This document shows positions 42,320 through 52,094 of a stretch of DNA of 64,000 nt, one piece after another. The stretch is taken from assembly GCA_963721105.1 (NCBI GenBank), contig CAVRHY010000003.1, positions 2,509 through 66,508 of the forward strand, given 5' to 3'. Each line of letters begins with the position of its first letter. Positions within the stretch are counted from its first letter, which is position 1. This DNA is from an uncultured Alphaproteobacteria bacterium. GTDB taxonomy: Bacteria; Pseudomonadota; Alphaproteobacteria; Rhodobacterales; Rhodobacteraceae. The translations under genes and the position numbers were made by a program. The notes beneath the pieces were generated by a model, which saw only the letters and a list, made by a program, of their open reading frames with translations, was not told where the DNA came from and searched no databases.

Positions 42320-42761
42320 GCCTTCCGCAAGGACGGCACGTTGACGGCAGCGAACTCGTCGTAGATCTCGGACGGCGCGTCCGCGCTGGTCCTGATGCGC
42401 GAGGCGGATGCGGACGGTCATGAGATTCGCGCCCGCATCGTCGCGCACGTCAGCTACGCGCAGAAACCGTCGGTGTTCGCCACGGCGCTGGTCGCCGCGG
42501 TCCGCAAGGTGCTGGACGAGGCCGGCTGAGAGATCGGCGATGATTTCGCCGTCGTTCCGATGGCGGCGATGCGCAAGCTTGGAATCCCGCGCGAAAAGCG
42601 GTAGGTCGATGTCGGCGCCTGCGCGCTCGGCCACCCGATCGGCGCCTCGGCCGCGTGCATCATCGTCACGCTCCTGCACGAGAGGGATCGCCGTGACGTT
42701 ACGAAGAGCGTCGCGAGCCTGTGCATCGGCGGCAGCGAGGACACGGTCGTGGCGATCGAGC
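42320..42761 (+). pseudogene. Decayed duplicate of the thiolase 3' region
   Basis: Aligns to 41020-41486 (GCCTTCCGCAAGGACGG...GCGATCGAGC) with premature stops (TCG>TAG at 42362, TGG>TGA near 42527) and small deletions. Confidence 0.9.
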
Positions 42762-42844
42762 AGATGTGGGGCCACAGGCTCTGTTGCTGTTGGTCCTGAA
42801 ACTCCCTACTGTTCAGCAGAGGTCATTGATTTTAGGGATTAGAA

Positions 42845-43805
42845 GTGGACAGCGGGACGGTTTTAAGCGTCGGGAATGCTGGAGCAGTCCTTGACAATCC
42901 ACAGGCACGGTCGGCCGAGCGAAACGGAAGTTTCGATGTCTTGCGCTTTGTCGGTGCGGTCGGCATCGTCTGGTTCCATACCGGCGCGCCCGGGTCGGAG
43001 TATGCCGGCGGGGCCATGTTGATGTTCGTTGCTTTGACGGTGTGCTTCGGCCTCCGGAACGCTTCACGGCTCTCGCCCGGCGGGCTGATCGCAATGCGTG
43101 CCCGTAGGCTGCTGGCGCCCTGGCTGGTCTGGTCGTTGATCTATGGGTTGTGGATTGGCCAGCACGCGGTCCGCTCCGGAATACCCCTGCTGGACGTCTT
43201 CGAACCCCGGATGATCCTGACCGGGACCGCACCTCACCTTTGGTTTCTTCCATTCGCCTTCGTCGCCACGGTGGTCGGGGGCGCCATTCTTCGCTTCATC
43301 CCCGACAAGGCGCCAGGCTTCGCTTTGACTGTCGGGGCCTACATCGTTGTCATGATAGCCGGCGCACTCGCCTTCGAAATGTTCAGCATCCCGAAGCCGT
43401 TCGCGACATGGCTGAGCGCCACTCCCGCCGTTCTGCTGGGTCTCGCACTGCTGCGCGCGGACGGCTCGAACTCTGGCTCTCGGCCTGATTCTGCTGGCCG
43501 TTGTGCTCGTCTGTGCCGGGCTGAGGGCAGCCGGCATGGTCTACGGCACGATCCCCTACACGGTTGCGGCCGTCCTGATGGTGGCCGGAGCCGCGTTCCC
43601 CACCCCGCCGCGCGAGTGGAAGCACGTGCTCTCGCGGCTGTCCGTGGGTGTCTATCTTCTGCACCCGATCATCACAGGTCTCATCCTGTTCCGGATCCCC
43701 GCACTTCCGGACGGGACGCCGGAGAAGGCCCTGTTCGCGATCATCCTCTCCGCCCTGACGGCTGCGGCCTTCTGGCGAACGCCGATTCTGCGGCGGATCG
43801 TTTAG
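42845..43805 (+). CDS. OafA/YrhL (acyltransferase-3) family membrane acyltransferase; frameshift near 43480
   Basis: FDVLRFVGAVGIVWFH, RARRLLAPWLVWS, HLWFLPFAF and SVGVYLLHPII; many TM segments; sampled lines are 57-58% GC, below the flanks. Confidence 0.82.
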
Positions 43806-43851
43806 CGCCTGTCGGCACCGGGCGCTGCCAGGAGGCTGCGTGCAACGGGTG

Positions 43852-44035
43852 GGTCAGCGATAGCGAGCAGGGCGTCGATGCGCCCGGATCGCCGATCATC
43901 AACCCGCCGTAACCGATGCACAGGATCACGGCCAGCAACCGCGAGCCGGCGCCGCCGGCCTATGCTTGGGCGGGCCAGCGCGATAAGCTGGCCAATCAGA
44001 AGGTGGAATTCTCCCGCACGAGGAAGACGGAATGA
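43852..44035 (+). pseudogene. Decayed duplicate of the dddL 3' end
   Basis: GTCAGCGA...GGCGTCGATGCGCCCGGATCG...GGAATTCTCCCGCACGAGGAAGACGGAATGA aligns to 41973-42155, with a TAA at 43910 interrupting it; weaker similarity may extend back to ~43806. Confidence 0.88.
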
Positions 44036-44427
44036 AGCACGTCAAGGACATGGTGGCCGAGGCCAACCGGACCGTCGAACATGCCCCGGCCGAAAAGCTG
44101 AAGGCGATGCACGGGCAGGAGGGCGTCACCTTTGTCGACCTCCGCGACGTTCGCGAGCTGGAGCGCGACGGCATGATCGAGGGCGCCTTCCACTGCCCGC
44201 GCGGGATGCTGGAATTCTGGATCGACCCGGAAAGCCCTTACGCCAAGCCGCAGTTCCAGTCGGGCGACAGGTTTATCTTCTACTGCGCCAGCGGCTGGCG
44301 CTCGGCGCTGTCGGCCAAGGCGGCGCAGGACATGGGCCTGCCGAACGTCAGCCACATCGAGGACGGCTTCAGCGGCTGGAAGAAGGCCGGCGGACCGGTG
44401 GCGGAGCGGCAGAAAAAGGACGCCTGA
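44032..44427 (+). CDS. Single-domain rhodanese/sulfurtransferase-like protein
   Basis: VDLRDVREL, GAFHCPRGMLEFWIDP, YCASGWRSALS active-site loop and GFSGWK. Confidence 0.9.
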   Translation: MKHVKDMVAEANRTVEHAPAEKLKAMHGQEGVTFVDLRDVRELERDGMIEGAFHCPRGMLEFWIDPESPYAKPQFQSGDRFIFYCASGWRSALSAKAAQDMGLPNVSHIEDGFSGWKKAGGPVAERQKKDA

Positions 44428-45554
44428 TGCTCACCGACGAGCAGTTAATGATCCGGGACATGGCGCGCGACTACGCGCGCTCGCGGCTGGCGCCCACGGC
44501 GCGCGCGCGCGAGAAGGCGGGTGCCATCGAGCCCGAGATCGTCGGCGAGCTGGGCGAACTCGGCTTCCTCGGCATGACCATCGACCCGGACTGGGGCGGG
44601 GCGGGCGCGGACTATACCAGCTACGCGCTGGCGCTGATGGAGATCGCCGCGGGCGACGGGTCGGTCTCGACGATGGTCTCGGTGCACAACGCGCCGGTCT
44701 GCGCGGTGTTGGACAGGTTCGCCAGCGACGAGCAGAAGGCGCGCTGGCTGACGCCGCTGGCGTCGGGCGAGCGCATCGGGTCGTTCGCCCTGACCGAGGC
44801 TCAGGCGGGATCGGACGCGGCCAACCTGAAGAGCCGTGCCGTCCGCTCGAACGAGGGCTACACGGTCAACGGCACAAAGCAGTTCATCTCGTCGGCGCGC
44901 ATCGGCAGGACCACCGTCCTGTTCGCGATGACGGACCCTGAGAAGGGCAAGAAGGGGATGTCCTGCTTCGTCGTCGACAACGCGACGCCGGGGTTCTCGG
45001 TCGTGCGTGTCGAGGAGAAACTGGGGCAGAAGGCCAGCGACAGCTGCGCGCTGGCCTTCGAGGACATGAAGGTGCCCTTCGAGGATCGCATCGGCGAGGA
45101 GGGGCAGGGCTATTCCATCGCGCTCTCGTCGCTGGAATCGGGCCGCATCGGCATCGCGGCGCAGGCGACCGGGCTGGCGCAGGCGGCCTATGAGCGGGCG
45201 CTCGACTACGCAAAGGAGCGAACAGCCTTCGGCGAGCCGATCTTCCAGCTCCAGGCCGTCCAGTTCCGGCTGGCCGAGATGGCGACGGACCTGGAGGCCG
45301 CGCGCGCGCTGGTGTTGAACGCCGCCGCGATGAAGGACCGCGGCGATCCCTGCCTGAAGGAGGCGTGCATGGCCAAGCTGTTCTGCGCGCAGGCGGCCGA
45401 ACGCATCACCTCCGAGGCGATCCAGGTGCTGGGCGGCTATGGCTACCTGGCCGACTACGAGGTGGAGCGGATGTACCGCGATCAGAAGGTCTGCCAGATC
45501 TATGAGGGCACCAACGACATCCAGAAACTGATCATCGCGCGGCAGATCAAATGA
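44427..45554 (+). CDS. Acyl-CoA dehydrogenase (short/branched-chain type)
   Basis: FALTEAQAGSDA, NGTKQFIS, GRIGIAAQ, QVLGGYGY and IYEGTNDIQ; TGATG overlap with the rhodanese. Confidence 0.94.
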   Translation: MLTDEQLMIRDMARDYARSRLAPTARAREKAGAIEPEIVGELGELGFLGMTIDPDWGGAGADYTSYALALMEIAAGDGSVSTMVSVHNAPVCAVLDRFASDEQKARWLTPLASGERIGSFALTEAQAGSDAANLKSRAVRSNEGYTVNGTKQFISSARIGRTTVLFAMTDPEKGKKGMSCFVVDNATPGFSVVRVEEKLGQKASDSCALAFEDMKVPFEDRIGEEGQGYSIALSSLESGRIGIAAQATGLAQAAYERALDYAKERTAFGEPIFQLQAVQFRLAEMATDLEAARALVLNAAAMKDRGDPCLKEACMAKLFCAQAAERITSEAIQVLGGYGYLADYEVERMYRDQKVCQIYEGTNDIQKLIIARQIK

Positions 45555-46655
45555 AAGTCACCATCGTCGGCGGTGGGATCGTCGGGCTGTCGACGGCCTA
45601 CTGGCTGACGAAGGCCGGCATCGGCGTGACGGTGATCGAGCAGGGGCCGATCCCGAATCCGGTGGCGGCCTCGGCCGATCATCACCGGATGATCCGCTTC
45701 GCCTATGGCGACCGCGCCGGCTATGCCGCGCGGGTACCGCAGGCGTTCGCCGCCTGGCGCGCCGTCTGGGCCGACCTGCCGCGACCCGAGGGGCATTACT
45801 ATGTCGAGACCGGCGTGCTGAGCGTCTCGACAGAGCAGGGCGACGGCGCCGATCTCTCGCGCAAGCACACTGGAGGCGCTCGGCCTCGCTTACGAGTGGC
45901 TGGAGGGCGGGGCGCTGGCGAAGCGCCTGCCGTTCCTGGAGCCCGACGGCGTGCGATACGCGCTGCTGACCAAGGGCGGGGCGCTGATGGCGAACCGCAT
46001 CCTGGTGGACTTGGCCGACTGGCTGCGCCGCAACGGCGCCTCGGTGCTGGAGCACGCGCCGGTGACCTCGGTCGACCCGGCCGCCGGCAAGGTGACGCTG
46101 GCCGACGGGCGCACGATCGCCTCGGACACAGTCGTCGTCGCGGCCGGGATCGAGACGGCGCGGCTGATGCCTGACCTGGCGGTGCCGCTGGAGCCGCGGC
46201 GCTCGGTGGTGGTCTATGCCGACCCGCCTGCCGAGCTGATCGCCGCCTATGCCGGCGCGCCCTGCTGGACTCAGCTTGGTGGCGGCAGCGATCTCTGGGG
46301 CCTGGCCTCGGTCGAGGGGCTGCCGATGAAGCTGGGCAACGGCGCGCTGGGCCGGCCGGGCGACCCGGACGCGCCGGACGGACGGCGCATGGCGGCCGAC
46401 GAGGTCGTGACGGTGCTGGACGCCTATCGCGGCCGTTTTCGCGGCATCGACCGGTTCCACGTCCGCTGGCACCAGGCGAACTGGTGGACGCTGGCGCCGG
46501 AGGCGCGCTTCCTACTGTGCCGGCAGGACCGGGCAGTGATCGTCTCGGCCTGCTCGGCCCACGGCTTCAAGTTCGGCGCGCTCAGCGGGCGCGACGTCGC
46601 CGGGGCGCTGACCGGGGCACAGTTCGAGGCGGTGGCCGAGCGGATGGCGGGGTAG
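45551..46655 (+). CDS. FAD-dependent oxidoreductase, monomeric sarcosine oxidase (SolA)-like; frameshift near 45865
   Basis: GGGIVG Rossmann motif, ASADHHRMIRFAYG and SACSAHGFKFG; ATGA overlap with the acyl-CoA dehydrogenase. Confidence 0.85.
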
Positions 46656-46879
46656 GGGGCCGACCGACCCCGGCGGGTCGCCGTTGGCGGCGGGACGGTA
46701 CGCGACCAAGTCTCCCGCATGAGACCACGATCAAACGAATAAGTAAAAATAGAAATACAAAGGTTGAAACCTGGTGAATGGTCGGCGGCCGCTGTTAACG
46801 CGCAGAATGACGCTGCTGGCGTGCGCGCCTGCCGAGCGGCCGGCTCCTGGGCGGGGAGGTGAAACCGCGCCAGTGGGCG

Positions 46880-47702
46880 TCAGCTAAGCCAGCGCTTGCG
46901 ACGGCGATATGAGCGGACGTCGCGGAAGGACTTGCGGCCGCTCTCGGACATGCCGAGGTAGAATTCCTTGACGTCGGAGTTCTCGCGCAGCTTGTCGGCT
47001 GGGCCGTCCATCACCACGCGACCTGACTCCAGGATGTAGCCGTAATGCGCGAAGCGGAGCGCGATGTTCGTGTTCTGCTCGGCAAGCAGAAAGGTCACCC
47101 CCTGCTCCTCGTTCAGTCGCTTGACGATGTCGAAGATCTGCTCGACGAGTTGCGGCGCCAGGCCCATGGAGGGCTCGTCCAGCAGGATCGTCTCGGGCTT
47201 GCTCATCAGGGCGCGTCCGATAGCGCACATCTGCTGCTCGCCGCCCGAGGTATAGCCCGCCTGCGAGCGTGCGCCGCTCCTTCAGCCGGGGGAAATAGGT
47301 GTAGACCATGTCGAGGTCCTTGCGGACCTCGGCGCCGCCGTCCTTGCGGGTGAAGGCGCCGGTCAGGAGGTTTTCTTCGATGGTCAGGTGCTCGAAGCAG
47401 TGACGCCCCTCCATCACCTGGATGACGCCCCGCGCCACCAGCGCCGAGGGGTTCAGCTCGGCGATCAACTCGCCGCGATATCGGATGGTGCCCTTGGTGA
47501 CCTCGCCGCGCTCGGATTGCAGCAGGTTCGAGATCGCCTTGAGCGTCGTCGTCTTGCCGGCGCCGTTGCCACCCAGCAGCGCGGTGATGCCTCCCTTGGG
47601 CACGCCCAGGCTGACGCCTTTCAGCACCAGGATGACGGAGTTGTAGATGACCTCGACATTGCTGACTTCCAGCAGCGTTTCGGCATTCTGCGTGTCGAGC
47701 AT
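46880..47702 (-). CDS. LivF-type ABC ATP-binding protein; frameshift near 47265
   Basis: GGNGAGKTT, LLDEPSMGLAP and C-terminal SYRRRKRWLS. Confidence 0.9.
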
Positions 47703-47721
47703 CGGCGGCTCATCTCCAGAC

Positions 47722-47768
47722 GGCATCACCCCCCACCCTGGCCCTCCCCCGGAGGGGGAGGGGATGCC
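47722..47768. repeat. Short palindromic REP-like element
   Basis: GGCATC-ACCCCCCACCCTGG-CCCTCCCCC-GGA-GGGGGAGGG-GATGCC: a 9-bp hairpin preceded by CCCCACCC; resembles dispersed alphaproteobacterial palindromic repeats; single copy here. Confidence 0.5.
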
Positions 47769-47798
47769 AGCGGCGGGGGCCGGCAACAGAGGTCGCGG

Positions 47799-47824
47799 CG
47801 GGCGGCGCCCGAAGGCGCCGCCCG
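47799..47824 (-). terminator. Strong stem-loop after the SBP gene (mRNA stabiliser/attenuator, no U-tract)
   Basis: Minus strand CGGGCGGCGCC-TTCG-GGCGCCGCCCG: perfect 11-bp stem with a C(UUCG)G tetraloop, just past the SBP stop at 47833. Confidence 0.6.
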
Positions 47825-47832
47825 GGATCACG

Positions 47833-49122
47833 TCACGGGCATTCGCGCGGCGTGATGTTGTTCTCCTTGGCGTAGGCCGTGGAGTCCTCGACGATCAGCG
47901 GATCGACGACGTCGCGGTCGGCCGCGATGAAGTCGGTGACCAGCTTCCACTCCTTGGCCCCGGCATCCCATTGCTGGATAGCGCCCAGGCCCGGCGCACC
48001 GTGGTTCTCGCAGCTGATCTTCACCGCCGGCGCAAAGTCCGGCAGCCCCAGCTCGGCCCAGCGGTCGGCGCTGATCTCCAGCGCCTCCATGCCGTCGCGC
48101 ATCTGCTCGGGCGTGATGTCCTTGTTGCCGGACAGTTCCTGCGCCTTGCGGATCGCCTCGGTCGTGGCGATCGCCGCCCACAGCCCGCGGTTATACAGCA
48201 CCTCGCCGTGATGGCTGCCATCGCCGGCCGACTTGCCCGCGTCATAGACGAACTTCTTCAGGTCGTCGTAGAGCGGGAAGTTCATGCCCGGATTGTGCCA
48301 GGTCGCCGCCTTGTAGCCGTTCGCCCCGGCACCCGCCGGGATCACGTCCGGCTCGGCGCCCGACCACCAGACACCGATGAAGTGATCCATCGGGAAGCGG
48401 ATGTTCGAGGCCTCCTGCACGGCGACCTGGTTCATCACGCCCCAGCCCCACATCACGACATAGTCGGGCTTGTCGCGCCGGATCTGCAGCCACTGCGACT
48501 TCTGCTCCTGGCCCGGATGGTCGACCGGGATCGCGGTGAACTCGAAGCCGTGCTTCTTCGACAGCTCTTCCAGCGTCCGGATCGGCTCCTTGCCATAGGC
48601 CGAATTGTGGTAGAGCAGCGTGATCTTCTTGCCCTTCAGGTCGCCGCCCTCCTGGTCGAGGATGTGCTTGACCATGATCGAGGCGACGTCCCAGTAGGTG
48701 CCCGGGTAGTTGAAAATCCACGGGAACACCTTGCCGTTGGCGGCCGAGGTGCGGCCGTAGCCGACCGAGTGCACCGGGATGTGGTCGGCGGTCGCCTTGG
48801 GGATGAGCTGGTAGGTGATGCCCGTCGACTGCGGGATGAACACGAGCGCGCCGTCGCCCTTGAGCGACTCGTAGCACTCGACGCCCTTCTCGGTGTTGTA
48901 GGCCGTCTCGCACTCGCGCTGGTCGATCTTGACGCCGCCGACGCCGCCGTCGCGCTCGTTCAGCAGCGTCAGGTAGTCGGAGTAGCCGTCGGCATAGGGG
49001 ATGCCGTTCGGCGCGTAGGGCCCCGTCCGGTAGTTCAGCTCGGGTATGACCAGATCGGCCATCGCCGGAGCCGCGAGCAGCGTGCCCGCAAGCGCCAGCG
49101 CCGTGAGTTTCGCGAAGTTCAT
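47833..49122 (-). CDS. Liv-type ABC substrate-binding protein (fatty acid/carboxylate-type cluster)
   Basis: Signal peptide; YRTGPYAPNG, CETAYNTEKGVECYE and WGWGVMN. Confidence 0.9.
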   Translation of the reverse strand: MNFAKLTALALAGTLLAAPAMADLVIPELNYRTGPYAPNGIPYADGYSDYLTLLNERDGGVGGVKIDQRECETAYNTEKGVECYESLKGDGALVFIPQSTGITYQLIPKATADHIPVHSVGYGRTSAANGKVFPWIFNYPGTYWDVASIMVKHILDQEGGDLKGKKITLLYHNSAYGKEPIRTLEELSKKHGFEFTAIPVDHPGQEQKSQWLQIRRDKPDYVVMWGWGVMNQVAVQEASNIRFPMDHFIGVWWSGAEPDVIPAGAGANGYKAATWHNPGMNFPLYDDLKKFVYDAGKSAGDGSHHGEVLYNRGLWAAIATTEAIRKAQELSGNKDITPEQMRDGMEALEISADRWAELGLPDFAPAVKISCENHGAPGLGAIQQWDAGAKEWKLVTDFIAADRDVVDPLIVEDSTAYAKENNITPRECP

Positions 49123-49170
49123 GTGGTTCCTCCCAATTGTCCCGTTTTCCCCGGGGTTGACGTGCCGATC

Positions 49171-50247
49171 CTAGTACGGGAACGGCCACGAGCGAAGCTT
49201 CTCCTTCGCGGTGCGCCAGAGCTGCGCCAGTCCGTGCGGCTCGAGGATCAGGAAGAAGATGATCAGAGCGCCGACGATGATCAGCTCGAAATGCGCCGCC
49301 AGGTCGGTGGGCCAGCCCAGCATGTTGACCATCAGCATCTTGAGCACGACCGGCAGCAGCGAGATGAAGGCAGCGCCGACGAACGAGCCGAAGAGCGAGC
49401 CCAGCCCGCCGATGATGATCATGAAGAGCACGCGGAAGGACTGGTTGATGCCGAAGGCCTCGGTCACCTCGACGGCGCCGAACCAGACCGAGAAGTAGAG
49501 CGCCCCGGCGATGCCGATGAAGAAGGACGAGACCGCGAACGAGGTCAGCTTGGCCTTCAGCGGATTCACGCCGATGATTTCGGCGGCGATGTCCATGTCG
49601 CGGATCGCCATCCAGGCGCGCCCGACGCGGCCGCGCGTCAGGTTGCGCGCCATCCAGGCCAGCGCCACGACAAAGCAGAGAACGAAGAGATACTGCGCCT
49701 GGGGCGAGGCGCGCGGGCCGGTGATCTGAAAGCCGAAGATGTCGCTGGGGATGACGCTGATCTGGCCGGAGGCCGAGTAGTTGTAGAACCACGGCACCTT
49801 GTTGAAGAGCCAGACCAGGAAGAACTGCGCCGCCAGCGTCGCGACGGCGAGATAGAAGCCCTTGATGCGGAGCGAGGGCAGGCCGAAAAGCACGCCGACC
49901 GCGGCGGTGACGACGCCCGAGAGGATGATGCAGAAGATGATGTTCAGCTCGTCAAAGCCGGTCATCAGCTTGTAGCAGGCATAGGCGCCCACCGCCATGA
50001 AGCCGCCGGTGCCGAGCGAGACCAGCCCGGTGAAGCCCGTCAGGATGTTCAGCCCCAGCGCCGCGATCGAGTAGATCAGGAACGGCAGCATGATCGACTT
50101 GGAGTAATAGTCGTTGATCACGAACGGGATGACCAGGAAGGCTATCGCCAGCACCGCCCAGTAGCGCCAGCGGTCGAAGGCGATCGGAAACGTCGCGCTG
50201 TCGGCGCGGTAGCTGGTCTTGAAGTCGCCTGCCTCGCGGTAGAGCAT
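49171..50247 (-). CDS. LivM-type ABC permease
   Basis: MLYREAGDFKTSY, GLNILTGFTGLVSLG, RIKGFYLAVATLA and IIGGLGS. Confidence 0.9.
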   Translation of the reverse strand: MLYREAGDFKTSYRADSATFPIAFDRWRYWAVLAIAFLVIPFVINDYYSKSIMLPFLIYSIAALGLNILTGFTGLVSLGTGGFMAVGAYACYKLMTGFDELNIIFCIILSGVVTAAVGVLFGLPSLRIKGFYLAVATLAAQFFLVWLFNKVPWFYNYSASGQISVIPSDIFGFQITGPRASPQAQYLFVLCFVVALAWMARNLTRGRVGRAWMAIRDMDIAAEIIGVNPLKAKLTSFAVSSFFIGIAGALYFSVWFGAVEVTEAFGINQSFRVLFMIIIGGLGSLFGSFVGAAFISLLPVVLKMLMVNMLGWPTDLAAHFELIIVGALIIFFLILEPHGLAQLWRTAKEKLRSWPFPY

Positions 50248-51232
50248 CAGACCCTCTCGATCAGCTTCTCGCCGAACAGGCCCTGCGGCCTGAAGACGAG
50301 GAAGAGCAGCGCCAGCATGTAGGCGAACCAGTTCTCGGTGGCGCCGCCGATCAGCGGGCCGATCTCGTACTCGAACAGCTTCTCGCCCACGCCGATGATC
50401 AGCCCGCCGACGATGGCGCCGGGGATCGAGGTGAAGCCGCCCAGCATCAGCACCGGCAGCGCCTTGAGCGCGATCAGGACTGAGCGAGAACTGCACGCCC
50501 GACTTCGAGCCCCAGACGATGCCGGCGACCAGCGCCACCATGCCGGCGATCGACCAGACGATGACCCAGATGGCGCGGAGCGAGATGCCGACCGAGCAGC
50601 GCCGCCTGGTGGTCGTCGGCCACGGCGCGGAGCGCCCGGCCGACGCGCGTGTACTGGCTGAAGATCATCAGCCCGATCACGAGCAGCGCCGCCACGATTG
50701 TCGCCGTGACATCCAGCTTGTCGATGTACATGCCGTAGCCGAAGGCGTTGAAGGTCGCCTCGTCCAGTGTCTCGACGATGCCCTGCTGGATGCCGACGTC
50801 CAGCGTCTTGATCTGCGAGGTCCACATCAGGTCACCGAAGCCCTCCATGAAGAAGGCAAGCCCGATGGTGGCCATGAACAGGATGATCGGCTCCTGGTTG
50901 ACGAGATGGCGCAGGATCAGCCGCTCGACCAGCCAAGCGAAGAGCACCATGATCGCGATCGTCAGGATGATGGCGAGGACCGAGGGCATGGTCCAGCCGA
51001 AATGGTCGACCTCGTGCCCGGTGATGGCGCGGATCAGGTGCGGAAACGGCACCTGCCCGGTCTGCAGGCCGACCAGCGTCATCGCCGCGAACAGCGCCAT
51101 GACGCCCTGCGCGTAGTTGAAGACGCCGGACGCCTTGAAGATCAGCACGAAGCCGAGCGCCACCAGCGAGTAGAGGATGCCGGCCATCAGGCCGTTCAGC
51201 GTGACCTCGAGGAGGATCAGGACCTCAGTCAT
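50247..51232 (-). CDS. LivH-type ABC permease; frameshifts near 50600 and 50480
   Basis: YSLVALGFVLIFKASGVFNYAQG, GRALRAVADD and FRPQGLFGEKLIERV. Confidence 0.88.
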
Positions 51233-52084
51233 GAGCCACCCCGAGATAGGCGTCGATGACCGCCTGGTTGCCGCGCACCTCGTCCGGCGTGCCGTCGCCG
51301 ATCTTCTGGCCGTAGTCGAGCACGACGACGCGGTCGGCCAGGTCCATGACGACTCCCATGTCGTGTTCGATCAGCGCGATGGTCGTGCCGAACTCGTCGT
51401 TCACGTCCAGGATGAAGCGGCACATGTCCTCCTTCTCCTCGACGTTCATGCCGGCCATCGGCTCGTCGAGCAGCAGGAGCTTCGGCTCGGCGGCCAGCGC
51501 GCGGCCGAGCTCGACGCGCTTTTGCAGGCCGTAGGGCAGGCGGCCGACCGGGGTCTTGCGGATCGCCTGGATCTCGAGGAAGTCGATGATCTTCTCGGCG
51601 AACGCCCGGTGCTCGATCTCCTCGCGCTCGGCCGGGCCCCACCAGAGCGCGTGCCAGGCCATCGCTGCGCCGCATGTGGATCAGCCGGCCGGTCATGATG
51701 TTGTCGAGCGTCGTCATGCCCGCGGAACAGCGCGATGTTCTGGAAGGTGCGCGCGATGCCCTGACGCGCGATGTCGTGCGGATTGAGGCTGCCGCGCTTC
51801 TCGCCGCGGAAGAAGATCTCGCCCTCCTGAGGGTGATAGAAGCCGTTGATGACGTTCAGCATCGACGACTTGCCGGCGCCGTTCGGGCCGATGATGGCGC
51901 GGATCTCGCCCTCGCGGATGTCGAAGCTGACACCCTTGAGCGCGGTGACGCCGCCGAAACGCAGCGTGATGTCGCGGATGTCCATCATCACGCCGCCGAT
52001 GCGGCGCGGCGAGACGCCGTGCGCCTCCTCCTTCGCGACATATTCGGCGTCGGTCGCGGCTGCCTCGGCAACCTGGTGGCTCAT
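51225..52084 (-). CDS. LivG-type ABC ATP-binding protein; frameshifts near 51720 and 51665
   Basis: GPNGAGKS, IARTFQN, LPYGLQKRVELGRAL, DEPMAGM and YLGVAH. Confidence 0.9.
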
Positions 52085-52094
52085 GCGCCCCTCC

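Noticed and set aside
42152-44035. The duplicated segments as a DGR template, IS ends or gene-conversion cassettes
   Set aside because: No reverse transcriptase, recombinase or transposase is in the window. Differences are not adenine-specific and include deletions and stops, as expected for neutral decay.
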